Positions 22,871-35,215 of a stretch of DNA of 51,614 bases are shown here, piece by piece. A program made the translations under genes and the position numbers. The DNA is from Chiloscyllium plagiosum (taxonomy: Eukaryota). The first letter of the stretch is position 1, and every line of letters starts with the position of its first letter. The notes beneath the pieces are model-generated. The model did not search any database, had not been told where the DNA came from, and worked only from the letters and a program-made list of their open reading frames with translations. Location: the NCBI RefSeq assembly GCF_004010195.1, contig NC_057752.1, forward strand, positions 5,447,223-5,498,836, in the 5' to 3' direction.

Positions 22871-23027
22871 AGAAAGTGAGGTCTGTAGATGCTGGAGATC
22901 AGAGCTGAAAATGTGTTGCTGGAAAAGCGCAGCAGGTCAGGCAGCATCCAGGGAACAGGAGAATCGACGTTTCGGGCATAAGCCCTTCTTCAGGGCTTAT
23001 TCCTGAAACGTCGATTCTCCTGTTCCC
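22871..23027 (-). mobile_element. Short non-coding Penelope-derived insert with partial inverted repeat, hammerhead motif and 13-bp TSD
   Basis: TSD aagattctgaagg at 22858-22870 and 23028-23040. 23-bp inverted repeat at 22951-22973 / 23005-23027. Confidence 0.85.
22962..22996 (-). ncRNA. Minimal type-I hammerhead ribozyme motif
   Basis: Minus strand reads CUGAAGA-a-gggc-uuau-gccc-GAAA-C-GUC. Intact core, stem II and palindromic ACGU stem III; stem I is poor. Confidence 0.75.
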
Positions 23028-23877
23028 AAGATTCTGAAGGGGCTTGACAGAGTAGACGTTGAGAAGATGTTCCCAGTAGTTGGGGAATCTCAAACTAGAG
23101 GATGTAGTTCCAGAATGTGGAGAGAGATACAAAACTGAGATATGAAGGAATTTCTTGAAACTAGTGAATGTCTGGAATTTTCTCCCCGAGAGTTATACGG
23201 GCTAGATCACTGAAAGTATTTAGAGACCTGGGAGATTTTTGAAATATTGGCTGAATGGCCTACTCCTGCTCCTAATCCTTCTGTTCTTGGGTCTTGGGGC
23301 TAATATGCAAAACTTTAATGAAGGAAAGGTAGTTTGGATATTCCACCATGAGATGTTACAGGTGCATGTTCAACCATTTGCACAAAATCAGCCTGAATCA
23401 AAATGACGAGATGCCAGTTGCATTCTGTACTGGCTCAAATCTGAAATAACAACAGTTAATCTCTCCAGTGGCTCTTTTCTAATTTTGTTCATTTGAATCT
23501 AGGATTCCCTATTTGCATTCTAATTGCTGCAGCAAGTAAATGATTAGATCACAATGTCAAGTGCATATGACAGTTACTGCTGTGCACACATGTGAGGCAA
23601 TGCCTCTGAAAGTCTGGCCAATAGCAGTGGTGGCACCCTGGTCAGATCATTACCATCCCTGCAGAAATCTCAAATTTGAAAAACTAATCAGCCATTGTTG
23701 CAAACAACAGTTATGCTTGAGACAGGTAACTACTGCTGAGCACCCTGCAGTAGTTCTTGTTTCCAAGTTCTGGTTGACCTATAATCAAAGATGAAGAAAT
23801 TTAATAATTGTAAGAGTATTGGCTCCTGAAAAGCCTGTCATTGTACAAACAGGAGCAAGTTACTTTTTCTTTTGTGT

Positions 23878-24168
23878 AGAATCCCAACAACGTGGAAAGA
23901 GGTCATTCGGCCTGTTGAGTCCACACCGACCATCTGAAGAGCATCCTATCCAGATCCACACACACACCCCCCTGCATACATGCATTCACCCCCCCACACA
24001 GACACACATCCCACCCCACACACACAGACAGACGTGCGCGCACACACTCTCACTCACTCTCTCAGCCTGACCCCCCACTTCCCACAGCTAACCTGTACAT
24101 CCCTGGACACTATGGGCAACTTAGCATGGCCAATCCACCTTAGCCTGCATATCTTTGGACTGTGGATC
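23878..24168 (-). mobile_element. HE1-like SINE 3' half containing a (CA)n/C-rich microsatellite expansion (about 23955-24060)
   Basis: Tail agaatccca...aagaggtcattcggcc and ctatgggcaacttagcatggccaatccacc flank a CA-rich tract. Confidence 0.7.
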
Positions 24169-24813
24169 TTCTGGATGCTTTTCTGTTTACCAATTGTGTC
24201 ACCTTGCCTGAAATTGGCTATGGTGGATTAATGGAGTTCTTTCAGTGGGAGATTGTCTGTTTTGAGAACTTAATGACATGCAAGGAATGCTCCCCTAGTA
24301 TTTTGTCTTTTAAGCTGTGAAACTAGAGTGCAGAGTTATTAATAAACCAAACCAGTGTTTGGAAAAAGTATGTAATATTTTCTATTAGAAATTGCCCTGA
24401 CTGAAATTCTACTTCAAAAAGGTTAATCTTTAAAATGGGAATGTAATACATGGTAAATGTACCGTTTGAGTCAAGTTGCAATGAAACTGAAATCTCTTTG
24501 GACAGGATTGTGCTTAATTGCAGAATAAAATGATTTTTTTTAAGAAGTAAGGAAGGTTCTAATGACCATCCTAGTATCAGTCAGAAGTATTGTTGAATTA
24601 CCATAACTGAATTAATAACTGGGATGTTTTTCAGCTACATTTTAAAGTTGACATTTAATGGAATGTATCATATTGTCATGTTAAATTTAATTTCTAATCT
24701 GTAAGTGACATAATATATGGATCACTGATTTAATTTGAGAAACAGTTAAATGTCATGTACTTGCTTTATAGTACAATGCAAGGTAATGCTGTTTTTGCTG
24801 TACTTCTTCACAG

Positions 24814-24895
24814 ATCTGCTAACAACAGAATTGAAGAATATGGATATGTTGGCTTCTTTGCCCACACCACCGCACAACCAAAATGAGGAGCTAAG
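24814..24895 (+). CDS. KMT2D: KMT2D coding exon (approx. human exon 43), DLLTTELKNMDMLASLPTPPHNQNEEL(R/S)
   Basis: Acceptor cacAG and weak donor AG|GTTTTT. Conserved LPTPPHNQ. Phases 1 and 2 fit the neighbouring exons. Confidence 0.88.
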
Positions 24896-25504
24896 GTTTT
24901 TATTCACAACTTTCACTTGTTCTTTCAACTATTTTCCTGAAAACCCTGCCCTGCGTTTGGTGGACCTCTTCTCACGTGTGACATTTTACTGCTTGGCACA
25001 TAAAGATTACACTATTTCAACACAATAGAAGGTGGAAGACATAACTGTCAGTACGGTCCTAATAAAGGCATTTCACTTTTATTACCTCTAATAGACCCCT
25101 AAATTATTTTTGAGTAAATATCATTTTACTGAAAACTTGGAGACCAACAATAAGGCGACAGTTAGTTGGAAAATGCTGTTTTCGTAAGTTTTCAGTTTCC
25201 ATTGTTTTTACCTGAGTAGAGATTGCTTATTTAAAAAGGGAAACAACTTTTACATCTTCTATTTTTTGTTTTCAAATTGAATCAAAACAAGTTAGATTGT
25301 TAAACTTTAAACTTCACTGTGAAACAGCCAGAACACATTGATCTTTAATGAATGTGAAGATGGACTAAAATTGAAAAATAAGTTCAGAGACAGGATCTAG
25401 TAAAAAAAAAATTGCATTATAACATTTCTGCTTACAACCCAGAATATTACAGCAGTTTTAAATCCTCCCAAAAAAAAATTAAGTTGTAATTTCTTTCTCA
25501 ACAG

Positions 25505-25683
25505 TAGAGCAGAGATAGAAGAGGACCGACGCACACCGGACAGCATTGTGCTCGCATCCTCACCGGAAAGTGTGTTTGGGCAAGAAACATCCAGGTTTCC
25601 CTTGCTGACTGAAATTAAGGAAGAGTCAATGGACCGTGCCCTTTCTCCTGTGATTCCCATAATTCCAGGAGCTTGTATTCCAG
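25505..25683 (+). CDS. KMT2D: KMT2D coding exon (approx. human exon 44), AEIEEDRRTPDSIVLASSPESVFGQETSRFPLLTEIKEESMDRALSPVIPIIPGACIP
   Basis: CAG|TAG| tandem acceptor (start 25505 or 25508) and donor G|GTTAGT. Conserved PDSIV.ASSPES and DRALSPVIP. Confidence 0.9.
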
Positions 25684-26369
25684 GTTAGTTCAAGAAATTA
25701 ATCATTACCATTCAAGGAAGACTCACTCATGTAAAGCAGTGCTTGATGAAAGTGATGGATTGTCATCAGAGGGGTTTAGATTCTAATTTTGCTCTTTATA
25801 ATGTTTAATTCAAGGAAGTTGCATGTCATCCAGACTAAATGTTTAAACAAGCAAGGCTGATAATATACAAATGGTGGCGGGTTCAAGAGAGGTGGTAAAG
25901 AGACAAAGTTTGCTGTCAGTGTACATGCGTTTGGTTAGTGTTAATAAGGGGCAACATGGAGATGAGAGATAAGAGAGGGCCAAAGATGGAAAGCTTGGAT
26001 GTATTAGTGCAAGAATGCAATGAAAAGCCATTTCATGAGAGTCCGTGGCTTCGACTGGAGAGAGAGAGTGAACCATGCAAGGGCAGTCCACTCAGCTGGA
26101 CAGGTGGACCAGATGTGCTGGATGCAGGGTGGTGTAATTAATTGTGTCAGAGGTTGCAGACAATTTGCAAAAGCTGAGCAATAATGCACCATGGACATAG
26201 AGGACATTGTTAGTGATTTTTGACCTGCGGCATCTGTGTTGTGGCAGGAGCAGGCAGTTGTCAAATATGATCAGAGAAAGATGGGGCATATGAAGTGACA
26301 AGGATAGTGGTGATGGGCTAGTAGTGTCAAAAGACAGAAGGCTAAGGTGGACTTTTTGAAGCTCTTATT

Positions 26370-26955
26370 TATTCCATGAAATGTTGACTTTGCTGTCTGG
26401 GCCAACATTTGTAGCCCATCTGGAATTTATCAGTGAGATGATGATGAGCTGCTGCTTTGAACCACTAGTCAATTTGCTGTAGGGACACCCACGATGCTAA
26501 TAGGAAAGGAGTTCCAGCATTGTGCCTAGCAACAGTGAAGGAACTGGGATATATTTCCAAGTCAGAAAAGTGTGTGGCTTGGAGAAGAGCTTTCAGATGT
26601 TGTATTCCCATATATCTACAGCCCTGGTTCTTCTTGATGGTACTGGTCATGGGTTTGGAAGGTACTGTCTCAGGTGCCTTGTGAATTTCTGCACTGCATC
26701 TTGTAGTGCTGGTTGTTGAGGGAGCGAATGTTTGTGGATGCGGTGCTAGTCAAGCAGCTGCTTTGTCCTGGTTGGTGTCAAGCTGCTTGTATTGTTGAAG
26801 CTTCACTCATCCAGGCAAGCGGAGGGTATTCCATCATTCTCCTGATTTGTGCCTTGTACATGGTGGATGGGATTTGGGGAGACGAGAGGTGTTGCATGCT
26901 GCAGGATTCCTAGCCTCTGACCTGCTTTTGTAGTCACAGTTCTTATTCGGCTGGC
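26370..26955 (-). mobile_element. Decayed 3' fragment of the LINE family at 30600-32316
   Basis: Similar to 15690-16200 and to the reverse complement of 31780-32310. Confidence 0.7.
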
Positions 26956-29134
26956 CAAGTACAGTATCAGGTTGACGATGCACGTGCCAGAATGGCACTT
27001 GGGTGGTCAGCAGTTTCGGGAGGATAAGGTCAAAAAAGCAGGAGATGGCTCTCGTAGAAAAGATGGCTCCGGAGAGGCTATGGGGGAAGAGAGAAATTTA
27101 AAGAAGGATGTGTGTGAAGAGCAAAGGAAATGGAATTGTTAACTTGGAGGAGTATACATTGGGAGAGGTGTGGCAGAGGCAGCCAAGCAGAGGGTCATGA
27201 TGTTTGTCACTCATACGAGGATTAGGTGGGTTTGGAATGAGGAACTGAGATATGTGACTGTTGAAGGATATGGGCACGTTGTCAGGGATGAACTTGTATG
27301 TAATTGCGATAAAGAAAATAGAAAGAAAAGTGGTGGGATCAAGGAGATGACCAGTTAAATGGGTTGGACTTTCATGTTCCACAAAGGGAGAGTTGGTCAT
27401 TGGGAGCACCCTAGTGCAAAATAAATTTCTACAGCATTTTTTCATCTTGACCCTTTATCATGACCATTTCTGTGTTTCAGGTTTTTCTGCAACAAAGTTG
27501 AGAGTCTAATCCTACTTGTTTGAAGGTCACTTTTTTCTTTGTAATCTAAATTTAGTGTTAAATTTATTTGCGCTCTGTTTGAACCTTTGTCCTTCTCTTG
27601 GAATTTATTGCATGAAGTACTACTATTACGACACAGACAGACAGCCAAATCAAATCAGCCTTTCCACCTCTGTATTCGCAATACAGTAAAAATAAAACCT
27701 TCAAAGACCCTCAGAATTGACCCCAGTGGTTTCTAACCAGACTTTTAAATAACTAATCCCAGACTCTGAAGTAGTCAATTCTAGCCACCAGTTCTGTAGT
27801 TTAAACACAGTACTGAACAATTTATTAGTAATACAGTAACTTCAGCAGGAAGAAAAATAATCTAATTGATCTGTGCTTTAAACCCAACAGCCTTACTTTT
27901 CAGTCACATTCTGACACAGGACAAACAGACAAACACAGTTAAGAGATAAATAGAAGACTGGCCAGATTATTTAAGTGGTTTTCACGAAGTGTTGTTCCAT
28001 GGGCATAGATGGTTTCTTGGTTGAATTTCTGAAGCTGTCGATCAGGATCATCTTTTCAGTTCACTCAGATAAAGGCGGTAATATTTAGTTTACTACTGAG
28101 CTTCCAAGAGCTGCTCATGAGAGGTTAGACAGGGAGCTTTCAAACCTTCATGCTGTAGCGCCAACAGATTCCTTTTTTCACAGAAAACAGTCCAAAACTT
28201 AATTCAAACTCTGACCCTCCCTGACAGACTGACCGTCTCTTCCATGATATCCCAGTTAACATTCAACACCTGCTATCTTCTTGAGCATGAAGTCTTTTCC
28301 AGACATGCTGGAACCAATTCCCAGCTGCTGATCTTGTGAATAGCCGACTTCTGCTATCCGTTTAAATATAATGTTCTTCCCCAGTGACGAAGCATCTCCA
28401 GAACCTTTTGGTTAGGAACCAGCCTGCAATTAACTTCCAAGCCTTGCCTCATGAATGAATAAAAGCAATTTGATCTGTTTTCCTTTTCCATAGAAGCTGT
28501 TACCCAGTGTCTTAAAAATCATGTTTAGCTCACAGTTCCCAGTTCACAGCTCCAAACCAAAAATGAAAACAACACTAAAAACAATGGAAAAAATCAGCAA
28601 GGATTCCACTACTATTCTTATGGTCATCCTCATAGCAGTCAGAAGAGTTGTTGAATGACCAGAACTGAATTATAGGCTACATTTTAAATACCTATTGAAG
28701 TTGACGCCTGAATGACCAAACCCGTCCCGATTCTCACAATTTAATTGGAATTTAAATTATACTATAGCAATGATATAATGACCACTCTGTGGTGGATTTT
28801 TCTTGAGTTCTGGCCTTCCTTCACACAAGTCATCACCAAGCTAGGCCCCCTCTAGGGGATTACCATAATTAGTCTTGTTCCTTGGTCTGAGATAAAAATG
28901 TTGTTGACCAGCAAAAGTACCTCTGTACTGTGCAGGCAAAGGATGTCTTGTAGGTCACGTCCGAGCAACGTAACAATGTCTGATCAACACATCTTAAGTT
29001 TGGCCTTGCACTTATGATAATGAAGAATGCCAAAGGGCATGCCAGGAAGGGCACCAGGGGTACCTGAAAATGAGGTCTCAACCTGGTAAAGCTACAAAAC
29101 AAGACTGCAATTTGTGCCAATAGCATTAGCGGCA

Positions 29135-30585
29135 AGTGATAGACAGGATGTGGAAGTTCTGTGGAACTCTGGAACCTATGGATTGGAGGGTAGCTAATTT
29201 AAACCCACTATTTTAAAAAGGAGGTAGAAAGAAAATAAGGAATTGTAGACCGGTTAACCTGACGTCAGTAGTGGGGAAAATGCTAGAATTCATTATAAAA
29301 GATTTAGAGCACTTGGGAAACAGTGACAGGATTAGACAGTCAGCATGGATTTACGAAAGGGAAATCATGCTTTACACATCTTCTGGAATTTTTCAAAAAT
29401 GTGTCTAGAGTTGATCAGGGGAGCCAGTGGATGTGGTTTACTTGGAATTTCAGAACACTTTCAATGATGTCCCATATCAGAGATTAGCGTGTAAAATATA
29501 AGCACATGGGAGTGGGAGTAGTGTACTGACATGGATAGAGAACTAGCAGCAGACAGCAAACCGAATAGAAATAAATGTCTTTTTCCAAGTGGCAGGCAGT
29601 GAGTAGTAAGTACCACAAGGATCAGTACTTGGACCCCAGCTATTCACAAAATATATTAATGATTTAGATGAGGGAACTAAATGGAGTGTCTGCAAGTTTG
29701 CAGATGACACAAAGTTGAGTGGGAGGGTGAGCTGTGAGGAGGATGCAGAGATGCTTCAGTGTGACTTGGACAAGTTGAGTGGGTAAATGCAACGTAGATG
29801 AAATATAATGTGGATAAATATGAGGTTATCCACTTTGGTCGCAAAATCAGGAAGGCAGATTATTATCCAAATGGTGATAGATTGGGAAAGTGGGAGGTGC
29901 ATCAAGACCTGAATATCCTTGTACACCAGTCGCTGAAGGTAAACTTGTAAGTACAACAGGTGGTGAAGAAGGCAAGTGTATGTTGGCCTTCATAGCGAAC
30001 AGATTCATGTACAGGAGTTGGGGTGTCTTGCTGCAATTGTGCAGGGCCTTGCTGAGACTACGCCTATCATATTGTGTGCAGTTTTGGTCTCCTTAGGAAG
30101 AAGATGGGCAATCTGGTTATGGAGGGAGTGAATGACGATTTACCAGACTGATTCCTGGGGTAATATGACTGATGGATGAAGATGGATGGATCAGTTAGGA
30201 CTGCAATTTAGAAGAATGAGAGGGGATCTCATCGAAAGCTATAAAAGCCTAATGAGACTAGACAGGGTAAATGCAGGAAGGATGTTCCCCATGACTAGGA
30301 AGTCCAAAACTGGGGGCACAGTCCAAGAATAATGGGTAGGCTATTTAGGATTGAGTTGAGGAGAAATGTCTTCACCCAGAGAGTGGTGAGCTTATGGAAT
30401 TCTCTGTTACAGACAGTAGCTGAGGTCAAGCTATTGAAAGTGTTCAAGAGTTAGATATCATTTTTTGGGCTAAAGGAGATGGGGTGAAAGCAGGAACAGG
30501 GTACTGAATGGATGATCAACCATGATCATCATGAATGACAGAACAGGCTTAAAGAGCCAAGTGGCCTGCTGCTGCTCCAGTTTTA
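29135..30585 (+). mobile_element. Older CR1 LINE ORF2 RT region and 3' end
   Basis: ccacaaggatcagtacttggacc (PQGSVLGP), aagtttgcagatgacaca (KFADDT) and YCVQFWSP. Confidence 0.88.
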
Positions 30586-30599
30586 TTGCGTTTTTATTC

Positions 30600-32316
30600 C
30601 ACAACCAATGGATAACATTGGCGTTCTGCAGTCCTGCCAAATTCAACAATTGGTGGTGCAGAATTAAACAAATCACCGGAGGAGTACACTCTACAAACAT
30701 CCCCATCTTCCATGATTGGGAAGTCCAGCCCATCAGTAAAAGATGAGGCTGAAGTGTTTGTCACAATTTTTTGCCAACTTGATTCACTCCACATGAAATT
30801 TAAAAAGCAGCTGGTGTCAGAGTTCTGCAAAGGCTCTGGGCCCTGACAACATTCTGGCAATGGTACTGAAGATGTGTTCTCCCAAACTTTCTGTGCCCTA
30901 GCCCTTAACCAAGCTGTTACCAGCACAGTGACAACATTGGCACCTAGCAGGTAAAGTGGAAAATTGCCCAGTTATGCCCTGATCAAAAAGTAGACAAATC
31001 CAATGTGGCCAGGTGTTGCCCAATCTATCTCCTCTCAGTCAGTAAATTGATGAAAGGGGGCATCAACAGTATTATCGCACAGCACTTAACAATAACCTGT
31101 TCACTGCTTGGTTTGGGTTCTGCAAGGACTACTCTGCTTTTGACCTGATTACAGTCTTGGTTCAAACATGTACAAAAGAGCTGACCTCCAGAGGTGGTGA
31201 GAGTACTTTCCTTGACATCAAATTAGCATTTGTTTATATGTGTCATCAAGGGCCCCTATCAAAACTAGAATCAGTGGGAATTGGGTGGAAAATTATTTTG
31301 CTGGTTGGAATCATGACAGCACAGAGGAACATTGTTGTGGCTGTTGGAGGTCAGTCATCTCAGCTGCAGGACTTCTCTGATGTTCCTCAGGGAAGTGTGC
31401 TCAGACCAGTCATCCTCAACTGCTTCATCAATGATGTTCCTTCCATCATAAGGTCAGAAGTAGGAATGTTTGCTGATGATTGGACAATGTTCACCATTTG
31501 TGACTTCTCATGTACTGAAGCAGTCCATGCCCAAATGCAGCAAGACCTGGACAATATCCAGGTTTGGACTGGCAAGTTGCATTTGCGCCACACAAGTGCG
31601 TGGGTTGCCAGTCTCCAACAAGAGAATCTAACCATTGCATCTTGATACTCAGTGGCAATACCATCACTGAAACCCCCACAATCAAAATCCTGTGGGGTCA
31701 ACATTTACCAGAAACTGAACTGGTCTATCTATATAAATACTATGACTATAAGAGCAGGTCAGAGGCTGAGAATTTTGAAGCGAGTGCTTTGCCTTCTGAT
31801 TCCCCAAAGCATGCCTGCCATCTACAAGGTACAAGTCAGGAATGTGGTGGAATTCACCCCACTTGCCTGGATGAGTGCCACTCCAACAACATTCAGGAAG
31901 CTTGACAAAACATCCACTTGATTGCCACCTTGTCTGCAAGAATTCATTCTCTCCACCACCCATGCACAGTGGCAGCAGTGTATTCGATCTATAAGATGCA
32001 CTATAAGAATTCACAAAGTCTCCTCAGACAGCAGCTTCTAAACCCACAACCACTCGCATCTAGAAGGTCAAGGGCAACCAATATATGGGAATGCTATCAC
32101 CTGCAAGTTGCCCTCCAAGCCATTCACCAACCTGACTTGGAAATGTATTGCATTGCCCAGATCCTGTTACTCCCTCCTTAGTGGCATTATGCAACTACCT
32201 AAAGCAAATGGACTGTTGCAGTTTAAGAAAGCAGCTTGCCACCATTTACTTGAGGGTAACTAGGGATGGGCAATAAATGCTGGCCCAGCCCGTAATGCGC
32301 ATATTCCATGAATGAA
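30600..32316 (+). mobile_element. LINE (CR1/L2 superfamily, family distinct from the main CR1), decayed RT and 3' tail
   Basis: FLDIKLAF, VPQGSVLRPVILNCFIND, GMFADD, MQQDLDNIQVW and IYKVQVRNVVEF; tail ...ccatgaatgaat. Confidence 0.88.
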
Positions 32317-32485
32317 TTTTTTTTAAAGACGTGGAGTGCATCTCTGTTCAAATAAATAAATATAACCTTGTGAATGGAGTAATCTTTTACAATTTAACAA
32401 AACAAGCCATGTTATTTGATCCGTACACTCTTGAGTTAGTTTGAATTACTAATTTGCACTTTTTATTCATTGTTTTTTCCCTTAG

Positions 32486-32628
32486 TATTTCCGGATGCAA
32501 AGCCATTTGTAAATATAGAGCCACTTGTGGAAAATACTGAGAAGGGTGGGTCTTTGCCTGAGCCATGGAAGAGTGGTAAAGGAAACCAAGTTGCAGTCAC
32601 ACTGGATGTCTCAGGAGCAGCTGCCAAG
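32486..32628 (+). CDS. KMT2D: KMT2D coding exon (approx. human exon 45), VFPDAKPFVNIEPLVENTEKGGSLPEPWKSGKGNQVAVTLDVSGAAAK
   Basis: Acceptor ccttAG and donor AAG|GTAGCT. VFPDxKP...W..GKG..V...VS.AAAK matches KMT2D. Confidence 0.88.
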
Positions 32629-32637
32629 GTAGCTATA

Positions 32638-33180
32638 TCATATACTGTGAAAGTCCTGCCCTGGTTTGTCTTTCCAAAATGTAACACCTCGCATTTATCT
32701 AAATGAAACTCCCATCTTCCATTCTTCGGCCCACTGGCTTAGTTGATCAAGATCCGTTGTACTCTGAGATAACCTCCTTCACTGTCCAATGTGCAATCAA
32801 TTTTAGTGTCATCTGCAAATTTGCTGACCATGCCTCCAATATTCTCATCCAAATTATTTATAGAAGTGATGACCAACAGTGGATGCAGCACATCGCTGGT
32901 CACAGGCCTTCAGTCTGAGCAACTCTCTCCTACCACCTCTGTCTCGTACCATCAAGCCAGTTTTGTATCCAGTTGGCAAGCTCTCCTTAAATCCCATGTG
33001 ATCTAACCTTACTAACCAGTCTACCATGCAGAACTTCGTCGAAGGCCTTGCTAAAGTCCATGTAGACAATGTCTCCCGCTCTGCCTCCATCTGTCGTCTT
33101 GGTCACCTCTTCAAAACATTCCACATTTGTGCAACATGATTTCCCACACACAAAATCATGCTGACTATCCTTAAACAATC
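32638..33180 (-). mobile_element. Antisense CR1 RT fragment beginning about 10 nt after an exon donor
   Basis: Minus strand DSQHDFVCGKSC, YMDFSKAFDEVLHGRLVSKVRSHGI and LHFGKTNQGRTFTV. Confidence 0.88.
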
Positions 33181-33249
33181 CTGATTAGTAGAAAAACTAA
33201 TGAGCTTGTTTTCAATAACAATGCATTTCTACTGTGTTTTTTTATATAG

Positions 33250-33391
33250 GACATAAACAGAATGATGACAACTTTTGCTCAGTTGCTTCAGATGAAGATC
33301 CCAACTTCTTATGAGGTTACATCTGTTCCTGACAGTCCACATTCTTTTTTACCTGATGGGAAAAAAACCATCTTGGATGCTCCAGATCAAG
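33250..33391 (+). CDS. KMT2D: KMT2D coding exon (approx. human exon 46), DINRMMTTFAQLLQMKIPTSYEVTSVPDSPHSFLPDGKKTILDAPDQ
   Basis: Acceptor tatAG after a T tract and donor G|GTAAGT. LL.MKIP.SYEV motif. Confidence 0.88.
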
Positions 33392-35081
33392 GTAAGTGAA
33401 AGGTTGTACCTTTCTTGGAGGAAGTCATCTATACCAGTCACCAGGAATCCGTTTAAAATAGGTTGATGTGCCCTTTCAGAATGGTGTTCCTTGCAGACTA
33501 TCTTGAATGCAGCACTCAACCTTTTAAGAATGAAATAAAAACAAAGTGCTAGCAATACTCAGGTGAGGCAGCATCCGTGAAGAGAGAAACAAAGTTAATG
33601 TTTAAGTCAATGGCCTTACATCAACATTTTCTGTTTTGACTTCAGGTTTTGAGCTTTTATTTCAGATTGAGATATTGTCTTTGGACGGTATGAGATCTAA
33701 CTTGCCTATAAGTCAAAAGCAATGGTCCAAGGACATGATCCATGTTCTTCTTAGGTTTTTCCCTGATTTTGTCCCAGCACCTTGTAAGTTGAAGTGCTAA
33801 TGTATACAAATTTGCCCTTTCCATTCTGTATTTTCACTAAGATTAGATCTTATTATGCCTCGGGATTCAAATGAAATTGCCATCTTGTAGCACTTTGTCC
33901 ATCTGCAAGTATTCTCTCACGAATTCATGAAAAAATGCTATTTGCATCTTCGCAGGCAACATACAAATTTTACCGATTATGCATTTGACCTCAGTGCCCT
34001 CAAAAGAAAATTGTGGAGAATATTTTCCCAAGCTTTCCACATCCAAAAAGATGGTGAAACAAATATTTATTTCAGAATACAGCATTTTAAAAAAAAATAT
34101 AGAAATTGTAGCACTGAAACAGACCTTTAAGCCCAGCCAGTCTTTGTTGCTGTTATCCTCCATGTAAACAGTAGCCTGAAACTCTCATGCTTGCTCAATC
34201 CCCATATGTCCATGCCACCTATTGAATTTGTTCTCTTTCAGGGATAATATCCTTGTGAAAGTTGTTAATTCCATATGTGTGGTGACTATATTGTGTGCCA
34301 GTGTGCAACTGATTCCTATCACTGATATTTGTATTGTCAAGTCTACAAACTAATGCATATTTTTTTCAAAACATTGGCTGATCTGCTGACCCCAGTAAGT
34401 GAGTGCCCTCAACTGTGCTGTTCACAAATTCTTTCAAGGTGGAAATGAGATAAATGAGGAAGAACATGCTTGCCCAAAGCTGTGATTGTAATTTTGATTC
34501 TTAACTGAATTTCAACATTAAACAAAAGAACTCTGCTGGAAATCCAAAACAAAATCACAAATTGCTGGAAAAACACGTCTGGCAGCATCTGTGGAGAGAA
34601 AGCAGAGTTAACATTTTTGTTCCTGTGACCCTTCTTTCAAACTAAAGCTCGTACATGAATGAGAGCTGGTGCAAGGCCACATGACACAGCAGCAACAACA
34701 GCAGCTCCCCCCCACGCCCCCCCCCCAAACAAAAGAAAGAGCCGCAAGAAAATGCGGTCCAACAATTATTCCATAGGGCCACCATTCCCTTTAAGATACA
34801 TAGAGTCATAGAGATGTACAACATGGAAACAGACCCTTCGGTCCAACCCGTCCATGCCGACCAGATATCTGCATGCCTCACTGCAGCAATCTAATGCTGT
34901 ATGCCGCACAGACAAAGAATAATTAGAAGGAACATTGGCTGTTAGTGTTGTGTAGTACAGTGTCCCAATTGCTGTCTCTTTGTGGGGTCGAGGATAGAAC
35001 TTGTTGAAACAAAGACTTGCCAACATTTTCAACCAGTTTGGGATGTTAGTTGGTCATTACTACTTTCTGGATTTCTTGTAG

Positions 35082-35215
35082 TGGGTTCCAAAGAAGAACC
35101 AATGGATCTGGAGAAACTGGTGCTGGAAAAACATAATTGGTTCAAACAGTATGATGTCTCATTACCAGGCTCTACTGTTAAAGCATCAGGAAAAGAGCTT
35201 GCAACTGTCACGCCG
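35082..35215 (+). CDS. KMT2D: KMT2D coding exon (approx. human exon 47), VGSKEEPMDLEKLVLEKHNWFKQYDVSLPGSTVKASGKELATVTP
   Basis: Acceptor ttgtAG and donor CCG|GTATGT. W.KQ.D..LPG.T.K motif. Phases 1 and 0 fit. Confidence 0.8.

Larger units (their letters stand above)
22040..23290 (+). mobile_element. Old CR1 3' fragments (about 22040-22510 and 22780-23290); the second is interrupted by a Penelope-derived insert
   Basis: LERVQNRSIRIVPGLK remnant and gaatggcctactcctgctcct 3' motif. The CR1 sequence resumes after the 13-bp TSD at 23028-23040. Confidence 0.65.
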
